Assembly: GCF_001194135.2 (NCBI RefSeq)
Contig: NC_068984.1
Span: 27,580,697-27,644,696, forward strand
DNA: 64,000 bases
From: Octopus bimaculoides
Lineage: Eukaryota
Reading direction: 5' to 3'
Shown here: one piece after another, positions 37,571 to 50,890 of the stretch
Position numbering within the stretch: position 1 is the first letter of the stretch
How the letters are laid out: every line of letters starts with the position of its first letter
Made by a program: the position numbers and the translations under genes
Notes under the pieces: model-generated
Told to the model about the DNA's origin: nothing
Database searches by the model: none
What the model saw: only the letters and a program-made list of their open reading frames with translations

Positions 37571-38221
37571 TTTTCTTTGCAAATATGAGTGTTTTATTGA
37601 GTATTATAGGGTTATTTTAAAAAAGAATTATCTATTCACACATGACAGATGCCTAAACGCAAACCTGGATGTACATATAATACTACTACGTGATAGCAGT
37701 GGGTAAATCTGTCTTATACATACATATGTTATATATGTGTATAATACAAATGTTTGCATGTGCACGTCTGTGTATTTTGGCATGTGTGGGTGTGTGCGCA
37801 AATGATATTATTTAACAGTATAATATGATCTCTGACACATCTAAGAGAGAAGCAATGTCTTGTCCAACCCATACCATCATGGAGAACAGATAAGCAAACT
37901 ATGATGATGATGATGATGAGGAGGAGGAGGAGGAGGAGGAGGGGGAGGAGCAGGATGAGGATGAAGAGTATATGGTCGTTAGAAATATCACATGACCTTA
38001 TATGGAACAGATCTATATGTTATATTTCTAAGCAGTTGATTTTAAAACAATATCATTGTTATTAATAAAATACATCTATTACAAATGGATAAATGAGTAA
38101 ATAGTGTGATATAATTTTATGTTAATTTAGTAACTAATTTTGTCTTAAAAATTACTATTTACTGCATTGTTTTTTATAAGAGCATTGAAATAGTAAAATT
38201 ATAATTATTGCACATATAAGT

Positions 38222-38605
38222 TGCAGGAGTGGCTGTGTGGTAAGAAGCTTGATTCCCAACCAGATAGTTCTGGGTTCAGTCCCACTGCATGGCACCTTGG
38301 GCAAGTGTCTTCTATGATAGCCTCAAGCCAACCAAAGCTTTGTGAGAGGATCTGTTAAATGGAAAGAAGCCTGTTGTATATATATATATATATATATATA
38401 TGAGTGTGTGTCTATGTTTGTCTTCCACCATCGCTTGACAACTGATGTTGGTGTGTTTACATCCCTGTAGCTTAGTGGTTTGGCAAAAGAGACTGATAGA
38501 ATAAGTACTAGGCTTACAAAGAATAAGTACTGGGGTCAAATTGTTCAACTAAAGGCGGTGCTCCAGCACGGCTGCAGTCAAATGACTGAAACAAGAAAAA
38601 GAATA
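38222..38605 (+). mobile_element. full-length tRNA-headed SINE, family B
   Basis: gtggctgtgtggtaagaagctt...ctgggttcagtcccact...caccttgggcaagtgtcttc; internal (TA)n; tail gctccagcacggctgcagtcaaatgactgaaacaag. Confidence 0.9.
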
Positions 38606-38715
38606 TATAACATTACCTGATATAAACCACACTGGCACACACACACACACAGACACACACACATATGTGTATATATATATATATATATATCCCCAGCACT
38701 ACCCATCATATACTG

Positions 38716-38756
<41 letters not shown>

Positions 38757-39358
38757 TGTTGGAGCTCAGTTAGTCTTCACTACACTACTTTAACATAAAT
38801 CTATTGATCTATGATTTTGTCTGATATTGTTTCCTGTATCTTGTTTCAATAACCTTTTCCTTTACTAATGTAACCAGAATGTACAATATATTCATTCATG
38901 TATTCATATGTGTTGTGCAACCATCATGTGTTAGTCTATCACTGTATAGTTAGAGGTTACGTACTATATAAGAATCAAGACTGATCTTATTTGCATTGGT
39001 AAATATCTCAGGTTTATTGAAGAATTTTTGTAACAATGCCTGCCTCATCATATACTACAGGTAATATTAATTTAAGTGATTAGTTTATACTCTCCCATAT
39101 TTGAAGTATGTACTAATCTACATATTTGCTTCAGTACTGAGCATATTATTCAAAATGTCAAAAGTTTATTACTGGTTGCCAGTTCTGTTGATTATACATT
39201 TCTTTTGACTAAGCAAAGAAGAGCTTTGTTTGGTTGACACCTTCATATTGTTACTCTAAAATCTCTTCTTCATGTCAGATATGTTTTGATAGTGAGTTGA
39301 AAATGAAATATGTGTAGTAAGCTAATCATCATGCTTAATGTTGATAAACCCACAAGTC

Positions 39359-39560
39359 AGTGAGCTGGCATAATCAATAACGTGTTGGGAAAAAATGCTT
39401 AGCAGCATTTCTTTTGACTTCATGTTCTGAGTTCAAAGGCCACCGGGATTGATTTTGCCTTTCATCATTTCTGGGTCAATAAAATAAGTACCAATTGAAC
39501 ACTGGGTTCAATGTAATTGCTTCCTCCCGAAAATTTCCGGCCTTGCACCAAAATTTGAGA
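39359..39560 (+). mobile_element. older SINE family A copy
   Basis: gtgagctggcataatc...ctgagttcaaa...ttttgcctttcatc...ggccttgcacc. Confidence 0.8.
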
Positions 39561-40267
39561 GCACTATTCATGAAACTCATGAACTGGTGATAATTTATGA
39601 TAGACCGTAATGATTAGGTAAACAGGGAAAAATAAATTCCTATTATACTCAATTTGGGACCAACTGAATATTTCATAAGATGTTTTTTCCAGCTTCACTG
39701 AGACACAAAATCTCTATGCTATTATGAGGTTTTAATTTTCATAAGTTTTGATACTATTAAGCAACACCATAATATTGACATAATCAATGACAGTTAAACT
39801 CAGTTCTACATTACTGAAGGTCACATAGGTAGAGACCACCTTCATGTCATTAGAAGTTTGAAGAAAAAGAGAGTGAATCTGAACGAAATTTAAACTGGTT
39901 TCTAAGTGAGAATGTTTAGGCCTCTATTGGTGATGTGGTTGTCTTTCCTATCATAGCAACATCAATTCATTTACTAAGTCTACACAGTGAGACAGGCAAG
40001 ATGTCAGTATCACTTATTCACTGTTCTGCAGATTTTCATCAAAATGAGAAGATGTCAACATAGTTCTAAGCCCTTCTTAAATTCTTTAAACTTACATGAG
40101 TCACTCTGAGCAAACACCTAATATTCATATTCTTATACACAAAACAAAACATATACGAAACAAATATCTCAACACTCAAACACCATCATGTAAACATAAA
40201 GAAAACCGGCATCTCAACATGCAGTGAGATAAACGCTGAAACATAGGTGTTAACACAATGCTTCTGC

Positions 40268-40870
40268 TTTGGAGAACCTTTGTTCTCAGTCATCTGGACT
40301 ACTGTTCTCAAATGTGGTCCCCACAGAGTGTAAGACTAATTGTGGAACTAGAAGCGATCCAACGGCACTACACAAGGAAGATAGACTCAGTAAAACACAT
40401 GGGCTACTAGGAGAGGTTGAAGGAACTAAGACTCTACTCCCCAGAGAGGAGAGATGAGAGATATACAGTGCTATACATAGGGAAAATAATGGAGGGTCAA
40501 GCTCCAATTTTGGAATCAAAATCTACAATAATCCCCAAACTGGACGGCACTGCACAGTACCAAAGGTCCCATCTTCTCCATTGAGGACACAAACCCAATA
40601 TTGTAATAGCTTAAGATTCATGGGACCACAAATTGTTAATGCTTGACCACAGAACATCAGGGATCTACAAGGTATAGACATGGAAGTCTTCAAAAAACGT
40701 CTTGACAGTTTTTTTTATCTGCAATACTGGATGAACCCACATCACAGCAGGTGGCACAAAGAAGAGTGGCAATGTCAAACTCGCTACTTCACCAGAAGCA
40801 ATACGGGAAAAATCTCCGGATGCAGTAAAGGCAGTGCACCAGCAATTAAAGAAAAAATATATATATTCAA
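40268..40870 (+). mobile_element. CR1/L2-group LINE ORF2 C-terminal fragment
   Basis: VLSHLDYCSQMWSPQ...ELEAIQRHYTRKI...GY*ERLKELRLYSPERRDERY; MEVFKKRLDSF. Confidence 0.85.
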
Positions 40871-41240
40871 CTATTAAATGAGNNNNNNNNNNNNNNNNNN
40901 NNNNNNNNNNNNNNNNNNNNNNNNNNNNNNNNNNNNNNNNNNNNNNNNNNNNNNNNNNNNNNNNNNNNNNNNNNNNNNNNNNNNNNNNNNNNNNNNNNNN
41001 NNNNNNNNNNNNNNNNNNNNNNNNNNNNNNNNNNNNNNNNNNNNNNNNNNNNNNNNNNNNNNNNNNNNNNNNNNNNNNNNNNNNNNNNNNNNNNNNNNNN
41101 NNNNNNNNNNNNNNNNNNNNNNNNNNNNNNNNNNNNNNNNNNNNNNNNNNNNNNNNNNNNNNNNNNNNNNNNNNNNNNNNNNNNNNNNNNNNNNNNNNNN
41201 NNNNNNNNNNNNNNNNNNNNNNNNNNNNNNNNTATATATA

Positions 41241-41276
<36 letters not shown>

Positions 41277-41807
41277 TGTATGTATATACATGTTCATTTT
41301 TAAGTTGTTTCTTTTTTTATATTTTGCTATGAAATAAAATAGTAACTGAAGAAAATAATTTGTAACACTGGTTACACATTAAGTTTAATACAATTCAAAG
41401 GAAATTTAAATCAATACAATACAAAGGAAAAATGATAAGAAACATCTAATATTTTCTCAGAAATTTTACAGCCACTTTACTTACATATATATATACATTT
41501 TTACACACATAAATACATACATACATATTCACATACATACATATATGTGTGTATATATTGGCATTCATTCAAGAATTACTTACTTTTTATTTTTTCTATT
41601 TTTATAAGCATTATTCTTTACTGTGTGGTAAGTAATATAATTTGGAAGAAAGAGTTTGCTAAGTTTGTAAACCACCTCAGATTGTAGTTTTTTAACTTAA
41701 GGACACAAATAGAGTCCTTAAAAAATAGCATGAATGTGTCACAATGTTTAATTGCTTTTCATCTATAAATCTGAGGAATGTATCTCTATAAGGAGTCATT
41801 ATTTTTC

Positions 41808-42035
41808 ATTCATCATCATCATCGTTTAACGTTCGCTTACTATGCTAACATGGGTTGGACAATTTGACTAAGGACTGGCGAACCAGATGGCTGCACCAAG
41901 TTCCAATCTGATCTGGCAGAGTTTCTTCAGCTGGATGCCTTTCCTAACGCCAACTGCTCCAAGAGTGTAGTGGGTGCTTTTACGTGCCACTGGCACAAGG
42001 GCCAGTCAGGCGGTACTGACTGGCCCTCATACCGG
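41808..42035 (-). mobile_element. RTE 3'-end fragment
   Basis: catcatcatcatcgtttaacgttcgc...gctggatgcctttcctaacgccaac...gtgccactggcac. Confidence 0.85.
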
Positions 42036-42590
42036 TGTCATTGTTCATGAATTTTAACAGTTTCAGGGATACACCTGTCTAGTAAGTGATTTAATCTGAG
42101 ACTGTTTCCAAAATGAAGCAACTGAATCATAGAAGAACCATTCTAGGCTTTTCATAACCTGCACAGCTGTTCAGCAGTTGCTTTAAAGTTAAATGTATTT
42201 CATAATTTTCATTGAAAATGTATTTCAAAATTTTCATTGCACAACTGTAACCTGATCACTGATACAGTTCCACTGCAACTATCTGAAACCTGCTAATAAC
42301 TAGTTCTTATAGACCTTTTCTTTTCCCTTTCTTTGTTTTCTTTTGCTATTTGTCATCATTTAACGTTGGGTATCCTTACAGGCCTGGGTTTGATGATTTA
42401 ACAGGATTCGTTATGTCAGAGGACTGTGTCATGCTCCAATGCCTGTTTTGGCTTGGTGTCTACATCTTGATGCTCTTACTAATGCCAAACATTTTACAAA
42501 GTGTAAGAAGTGTTTTTTTTTTCTTTCAGCAATACTCTGACCACTTTGAATCCTGCAAGAGTAAACGTCTGAAAGGATTCTCTATAATTT

Positions 42591-42629
<39 letters not shown>

Positions 42630-42704
42630 NNNNNNNNNNNNNNNNNNNNNNNNNNNNNNNNNNNNNNNNNNNNNNNNNNNNNNNNNNNNNNNNNGAGAGA
42701 GTGA

Positions 42705-42754
<50 letters not shown>

Positions 42755-43859
42755 TGATTTGGAGCAAGGTGATGAGAGAGGGTAAAGTATGACGAGAAGA
42801 AAAGACTTATCATTTTGAGACAGTGATATTGGATAGTAATGATGTAGACCCATATTTGAGGATGGAGTAGGGAAGAAACTAGAGAAAGAGGAGGGATTAA
42901 TTTCAGTGATTAAAAGAAATGGAGGGACAGGTTAGTAAAGGTGGGTTGTGCAGAGTGGTTCCAGGGTTAGTCCACATTATAGATGCAAGTACTTTATTTC
43001 TCTTTTCTGCTGCAGTGCAATTGTTAATGATGAAATTGTGGTTGTATAAACAAATTTGATGTCTCACAAAATAAATTAAAATTTAAATCGAATTTAACAG
43101 CTTTGTGCACTTTTAAATGATGAGAATGGCTTTTCCATGTAGGAATATTTGAATTTAAAGAGACATTATGGTATTTAGTTTTAAATTCTGGGTTTCTCTG
43201 TTCAAGTAATGTTAGTGCCAAGTTTGGTTTCCATCATTCTTGAATCATTAAATAAGTCCAAGCAATATCTGTTGAGAATATCCTTTAACGTATTCATAAA
43301 CATTTCTTACAATTTCAACTTTGGATTTATGTGAAATCCTCATCATGATTGCTGTCACTACCATTCTTCCTGCTATCATTACTACTACTGCTATTAGAAT
43401 GGTTAGCATGTAAGTCTTTAAGTCTTTGCATACTCTATTCCACAATCTAATACTGTTTTCTATTTATGCAGATAATGATTTTATCACATTTTCTGTTTTA
43501 TGAATTTGTACACATTTATAAGAATCATCAGCATCTTTATCATAACTAACACAATTATTTTATAATTGTATTATCTGATCTAAGAGCCGTATTGTAAATA
43601 TAAAAGAACGAAATTGATTTAAAATAAAAATTTATAAAGACACTAATAATATCTGATTTTCAAATATTGTTTAAGTTCTCTGAATGTATGGCTTCATTTG
43701 ATTCTATAGTTTCCATTTCTTGAGAGATTTCAAAACAAATATCTATAAACTTTCTATACATACACAGCTGTATAGAACTCTAAAAAAATGCACTGCACAT
43801 CACAATTTTCAAAGATTTTGAATAAATAATAGTATTTATTACTTAACACTTGTATACAG

Positions 43860-43965
43860 GATAAGAAAATTGCTTGCTTGTTTTATGACATCTTGTGTAT
43901 TTCTGATCATGAATATCATTTTGGAAATGGCCATATTGTTCCTTAAGGAGCCTACTCACCACAAT
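43860..43965 (+). other. candidate coding exon (hydrophobic segment)
   Basis: tacag|G...AAT|gtaagt; open frame IRKLLACFMTSCVFLIMNIILEMAILFLKEPTHHN. Confidence 0.3.
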
Positions 43966-44279
43966 GTAAGTATGGAGCATGTACATTTTCAATTGACATT
44001 GTTTAACAATTGCTGTTGCCTTAATTCATTTAGTTGAAAATGATACTGCAGTGTACATGTTCCTGGCTTGATCAACTGTCAAACCAAAACCTGAGCTGAA
44101 TTAATTTCTTTAAGAAAGCGAATGCACCAGTTATGCCTTTACCTATAGATATCTTACTATAGCTTTCTTTATATTCTGTCACTATTCAGAATACAAATTG
44201 GGTTTTCTTCACAAGGCCATTAGTTAAATATATTACTCTTTATTAGTATTGAAAGATTTTACTATAGACTAGTCAGAGA

Positions 44280-44600
44280 AAAACATTGGCCTAGTGGTTA
44301 AGATGTTGATATTGCAATCATCAAATTGTGAGTTCAAGGTCTGAACCAGGCAGTGTATTATTTCTTTAAGCGAGGTACTTTGTTTCACATTTTTCTCCAG
44401 CCTACTCAGCTGAAAAGGAGAACCAGCTTACAACTGGTGCAGCTCTCTCTTCTGCTAGCTGTCACATTCTTGATGTTGCTCTGGACCAAAAAGTTACCTT
44501 AGTTTGCACATTTGTGGTTTGTGACTTAGCAAAAGCATGGTATTTATTACCAAGTCATACTCACTTGTGAGCATGTCATCGTTTGTGAGTAATAATTATG
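44280..44600 (+). mobile_element. decayed SINE (family C-related)
   Basis: tggcctagtggttaagatgttg...gagttcaaggtctgaacc...ctccagcctactcagctg. Confidence 0.65.
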
Positions 44601-44684
44601 CTTATAATTATTAATTATGAGAGAGTGCTGAAATGTTCCTGACTTTGGGGAAAAGAAAATACAGAAGGATTAGTTAATTATGAT

Positions 44685-44915
44685 TTTATTCAACATATTC
44701 CCCTCTCAGATTCACACACTTATTACAGTGTCCCTTCAGTTTTTCTAAGCTCTGTGAAAAAATGCAGAATGTTGGGCCTCCAACCAAGCCTTTTGCAATA
44801 CCCTCAAAGTCAGGAACTTTCCAGCATCTCTTCATAGAGGAGGTAGGAGAGTACTCATAACTGTTTCCAGGTACTGTAATATTAGTTGGAAGAATGGAGA
44901 AAGTTATCCCCAAGT
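44685..44915 (-). mobile_element. mariner 3' fragment
   Basis: ...QSLEKLKGHCNKCVNLRGEYVE* matches the mariner C-terminus 'KL..RW.KC....G.YVE'. Confidence 0.8.
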
Positions 44916-45414
44916 GTAGGGATTAAAATTGAGCAACAGACTGCTTTTACCACTCAAGAGTTTGTTTACACATAGGTTTTCAGAAACTTTCTCAACATGG
45001 GAATTTTTTGATTAGCATACAAAGATTAATAGTTCTTTTAGTTGTATTAGCCATCTTATTTAAGGTCATGCTGTAACGTTGCATTCAAAGCATATCCAGG
45101 AGAACTTTTTTTGTCTTTTAAACACGGAAATTGGAAATAGATTTTTGCTGCTGCTAATACCTGTCACTTTATGTTTTGCCTTAAACCAATATAAGAATTT
45201 ATAGCTGCCAAACAGTAATGTTGACTGATGTAAAAACACCTAATTCAGTTCGTAATCAGGAGCAATGTCATGCTCTATTCTTACTATTCTGGAAAAAAGT
45301 AATAATAATATATACATTTAATAACTACTCAGAGATATTTGCTATTCTCCCAAGCATTTTAATATGTAGAACTAAAAATGTATTAACAATTGATTTTGTG
45401 TTGAATATTTTTGA

Positions 45415-45600
45415 TTATACATACATGCATATATACATGCATACATACATGCATGCATACATATATACATACATACATACATACGTACATACAAAAATAT
45501 ATACATATATACACGCACACACACATATATATGTGCATATATATACATACATATATGTATGTACATATATATATATACATATACATACGTGCATATGCAT

Positions 45601-45652
<52 letters not shown>

Positions 45653-46074
45653 GTATATATATGTATACATATATATGTATGTATATGTATATATGTAATT
45701 ATAATGATAATAATAATAATAATAATAATAATGATGATGATGATGACAATGATGGTAAGAACAACAGCAAGACACAAAAGAGGTTACCTTGCTTTGTAGA
45801 GTAAATATTAAAATGTGATGAAGAGAAGAACAAATATCAGATGTAATGACAGGTGTGCAACTGAGTTGTAGTAAAAAGTCTTTCAATAATTCTCTATTAT
45901 GTACATTTCAGTTGTGTTTAGCTAAACACTGATGACATGAATTCAACAAGGTAACAAAATCTCAGTAAAGTGGTATGTAAACTGATAAATACAAACAAGA
46001 AGACACTCATCATTTTTGTTTTTATATACATACATATATATATATACATACACACACATATATATATTTATATA

Positions 46075-46111
<37 letters not shown>

Positions 46112-46305
46112 GCATACACACAATACATTATCTTCATCGTTCGTCCATCAATCCATCCATCCATCCATCCATTCATACATACATACATACATGCATACAT
46201 ACATACATGCATATATGCATACATACATACATGCATACATACGTACATGATGGCCGTCCACTCATGACCGAGGAAACATACATACATACATAAACATACA
46301 TGCGT
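45415..46305. repeat. compound (TACA)n/(TA)n/(AAT)n/(ATCC)n microsatellite region
   Basis: Directly visible in two blocks (45415-45750, 46025-46305). Confidence 0.9.
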
Positions 46306-46314
46306 ATGTGTGGG

Positions 46315-46540
46315 TGTATTGACACACCATCATAATTTAATATCCATGTTCTATGCTGGTATGGGTCAGATGGTTTAATACGATCTGTTTGATCCAAACA
46401 CAACATTGTGCTCCAATGTCTGCAGTGGCTGTGGTGTAGTTTCTATAGCTGGATTCCCTTCCAAACCATATAATGCCCTGTCTTGAGTGCTTTTTTTCTG
46501 TGGCACCGGCACTAGTGAGGTTTCCATTCAGTCTGCAAGG
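46315..46540 (-). mobile_element. old RTE 3'-end fragment
   Basis: catcataatttaatatccatgttctatgctggtatggg...ctatagctggattcccttcc...gtggcaccggcac. Confidence 0.7.
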
Positions 46541-46619
46541 TTATATAAAGTTAGTAAAGACAGTGAGAGTGAGCAAGGTGAAGCTGGAGAAAAGATAGGA
46601 ATAGTGGTGATAAAGTATC

Positions 46620-46717
46620 AGGGTGTAATAGTTTGACACTTTGGAAAGTGAGCAAGTCTTTTATGTTTTGAGCCTACACTCTTCAACAGAAAGGAGTAAG
46701 AGAAAATAGACAGAGAG

Positions 46718-46766
<49 letters not shown>

Positions 46767-47235
46767 CCAAAGTGTACGTACGCTGCTATATTTTTATATA
46801 TATAAAATACAAAAATGGGACAAGAACGTAAAACATCCAGACAGGTGATACAGAAAAGGAATAACGAAACATCCAGACAGACGATACAAAGAAAACAAGG
46901 CTATATTGCTCCCTGTGCTGTCAAATCATATGTCCCTGCCGTAAGGCCTTACTTCCACACACACCAACTTAATTTAATTTGTCCTTAGTCGAAAGATACC
47001 CGTTGTTAATGTCCTGTTATTTGTATTTGTATACCATTTCTCCGTTTTTTTCCGTCTTTGTTTTCATATACATTTGCTGCTTTCTTCCAAGGAATTTAGT
47101 GCTCTTAGCTTAGTTTTTCCTTGGGGCTGGCCAGATTGGAGCAATCTTGAGTATAGTATAACCAGCCGAAATTGCAAAGATAATCTGGAACTCGACTGAG
47201 GAAAGAAAACTCCGAATGACCTGTCCTAAACTGTT
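46620..47235. mobile_element. probable Penelope-associated terminal-repeat debris with hammerhead-like remnants
   Basis: Minus 46650-46695 CUGUUGA-A-GAGU.gtag.GCUC-AAAA; plus 47123-47175 ggctgg...ccagcc-GAAA. Confidence 0.4.
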
Positions 47236-47270
<35 letters not shown>

Positions 47271-47412
47271 TAAATAAAATGAGACAACAAAGCCAAAGCT
47301 GTGTGGAATTTATAGGACATTTATGAAGAGAAAGGTAGTCTTATAGCTTTTCTAGGATATTAGGGGTATCCCTTCATCAGAGATGATATGATAGAGTTAA
47401 CTATATACATAC

Positions 47413-47507
<95 letters not shown>

Positions 47508-47528
47508 TGTGCCTGTGCGTTTGCGTGT

Positions 47529-47562
<34 letters not shown>

Positions 47563-48658
47563 ACATATATTATCTTATATATGTTTATATGTATGTAAGT
47601 AAATAGATAAGTAAATGGATAACTATGGGTTTCAATGATGAGTGTGGAATTGTTCAGCCAACTGAATTATCTTTTCGTGGATTTATCATGCCTACTTTTA
47701 ATATAACCCTCAAGCTGAATATGCATGACGGTATGTAACAAGGCTGGAACTTTGAATTTGCCACATAATCCTTCCAATGGTTTTTCTACCCAGCTGCTAT
47801 CTCCCCAGTTTCACACAATGCTTGGGTTGACTAAAAGTTATGATAAAAGACTTGCCGAAGATATCATATACTGGGATTGAACTCAGGGCTTGTATGAGTT
47901 CCTAACCATTCAGCCATACTACATTCACTCACACACACACACACACACACCTACACACATCCATAAATGTATATATAGATGATAATTTTCAGTGATTTCA
48001 CTGCTATTTCTAATAGTTTAAGAGGAATATCAACCATGCTGGTCTTACTGATCTTGGATGGCTGACAAGACCATAAGCACAACCATTTCTGTAGACCAAT
48101 CCATTTAAAAAATAAGTGTAGCAAACCCACAGAAGTGACCCTCATTGGTGCATTTACATCTCATTTTAAAGAACAGCAAATACTGAATGCACATTCTGGA
48201 AACTAAATTTACTTTCTTTCATAGATATCTTAAGCTATGTCTCAGAAAAAAATGTTTGGAAGTCCTCATCTTTTACAAATATATACGCTGTAAATGTAAA
48301 TGGTTCATGAATTGAAGAATAGGTGAAATCAGTTTTGTTGGAAGTATATTTTGACAGATTCCTTTTATGAACATTTTAATATCTTTTCATTATAATTTTT
48401 ATTTTTTTCATAATTCCTATTACTGATTTTCATAAGCTCTCCTTAAAAGATATTTTTATAGATTCCTTCTTTGAAATAACTATTTCCTTCTTTCGTAAAA
48501 GTGATTTATTCACTTTTTTCTATCATATATTTCTTTCATAGTCATATCTTCTACTGTTTCTTTCATTGTCACATCTTCATATATCTACCTAACTATCTAT
48601 CTACCTGTCTGTCTGTCTATGAATGTATCTATCTCAAACTATATGTGTGTGTATGTAC

Positions 48659-48732
<74 letters not shown>

Positions 48733-49415
48733 NNNNNNNNNNNNNNNNNNNNNNNNNNNNNNNNNNNNNNNNNNNNNNNNNNNNNNNNNNNNNNNNNNNN
48801 NNNNNNNNNNNNNNNNNNNNNNNNNNNNNNNNNNNNNNNNNNNNNNNNNNNNNNNNNNNNNNNNNNNNNNNNNNNNNNNNNNNNNNNNNNNNNNNNNNNN
48901 NNNNNNNNNNNNNNNNNNNNNNNNNNNNNNNNNNNNNNNNNNNNNNNNNNNNNNNNNNNNNNNNNNNNNNNNNNNNNNNNNNNNNNNNNNNNNNNNNNNN
49001 NNNNNNNNNNNNNNNNNNNNNNNNNNNNNNNNNNNNNNNNNNNNNNNNNNNNNNNNNNNNNNNNNNNNNNNNNNNNNNNNNNNNNNNNNNNNNNNNNNNN
49101 NNNNNNNNNNNNNNNNNNNNNNNNNNNNNNNNNNNNNNNNNNNNNNNNNNNNNNNNNNNNNNNNNNNNNNNNNNNNNNNNNNNNNNNNNNNNNNNNNNNN
49201 NNNNNNNNNNNNNNNNNNNNNNNNNNNNNNNNNNNNNNNNNNNNNNNNNNNNNNNNNNNNNNNNNNNNNNNNNNNNNNNNNNNNNNNNNNNNNNNNNNNN
49301 NNNNNNNNNNNNNNNNNNNNNNNNNNNNNNNNNNNNNNNNNNNNNNNNNNNNNNNNNNNNNNNNNNNNNNNNNNNNNNNNNNNNNNNNNNNNNNNNNNNN
49401 NNNNNNNNNNNNNNN
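48733..49415. other. assembly gap (largest of 8; others 5252-5261, 21904-22018, 31736-31751, 40883-41232, 42630-42694, 56639-56648, 61949-61978)
   Basis: N runs, mostly flanked by microsatellites. Confidence 1.
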
Positions 49416-49469
49416 TTGAGAGTCACCATTGTAAATGAAATGCTTGATAACAACTACAAAGTGTAATGA

Positions 49470-49800
49470 CTCCTTTCAGTCTTGAATGACCATGGGATTG
49501 CACCTCCAAGGTTACCTCTGAGGCACAAGTCTGGGTAAGGTTATTTATGGAAGACCAGCAGTTGCCCATGCATACCAGCCTACCCTCTTCATGCCACTGG
49601 TGCTATCCAAGGGAAAGGCAATGGCTGATATAGTTTGGTACCAATGACGTCACAACTCATTTCTACAGCTGAGTGAACTGGAGCAACGTGAAATAAAGTA
49701 TCTTGCTCAAGAACACAATACACAGCTTGGTCTGGGAATTGAACTAACTACCTCATGATTGTGAGCTCGATGCTCTAACCACTGAACCATGTACCTTCAC
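49470..49800 (-). mobile_element. full-length tRNA-headed SINE (family C-related)
   Basis: Minus head gtgaaggtacatggttcagtggttagagcatcgagctc...agttcaattccc...gtgttcttgagcaagatact. Confidence 0.85.
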
Positions 49801-50795
49801 ATGATTTTATAACAATTATAATAAAAAATAGCAATGCGAGCAAGCAATGGCATTGATATATAAATATGGAACCAATGAGGAATACCTATTGCTACATTTT
49901 TTTGCAGCAATATTTCTGATTGTTATCATTAAATATCTCTGCTCAGCTGATAATTAAACTATTAAGCATAACTCATGTGGTTTTTACACCAGATACTCAA
50001 CTTTTTAATCCTGACATTCCAGCTATTCACCACATGGGGTACTGTGTTGTAGTGAAGGTGTGTTGTTATTCATTGTGCTATTCTAGGATGAAAGATACTA
50101 GTGGAGCCGAACAAGTTGCTTGGTCAAATTGATTACTTGGATTTCATTGGACAGAAAATTAACCCATATAGGTTCCATTAGACATATCTTATGGTTATTA
50201 ACGATTTTCTTGTTATAATGTATATTAGAATCATGGGGGAGGTGCAGTATGGTTATTTGTTTGCACCAGTTGGGGGATAATATTTTAGTTTCTCTGGATC
50301 AGGTAGAGAACATCATATTTTTAAAATAGTATTGGAGTATTGCTTATGCCTTTACCTGGGTGTTAATGAACATGTAGTTGGAAGGGTAATATTCAAGCAG
50401 TGCACCTTTTGTGCTTTTACAGGTGGTGAATCATACAGTAATATTAGAATATGAATAAGTTAGTGGATATTGAGCATAGTAGTGATGGTGTAGTACTGAT
50501 ATTAACTTGTTGATGTAAAAAGAGTGACTAATGGATAAATCTGTAGCAAATACCCCCAGTTAAGGAACAAGGTAGCAGCATGCTGACTGAACCAAGCCTT
50601 ATCTGCAGCACCTGGTGTTAATCTGAGTACTGATCTACTAGAGTAAGAACCATGGGTATTCTTCTGAAACTGATCAAGACTCTGGTGATGAACAGTATTG
50701 CTGTGACTGCTAATGACCTTGGGACATTAATGATGCAATGGGATATATGGGTGCATTCATAATTATACATAAAGCAAGTGCAATTTGTAGTTAGC

Positions 50796-50830
<35 letters not shown>

Positions 50831-50836
50831 ATGATT

Positions 50837-50890
<54 letters not shown>

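Noticed and set aside
40665-49466. Longest ORFs in the track (210-321 aa)
   Set aside because: They span N-gaps (X runs); artefacts.
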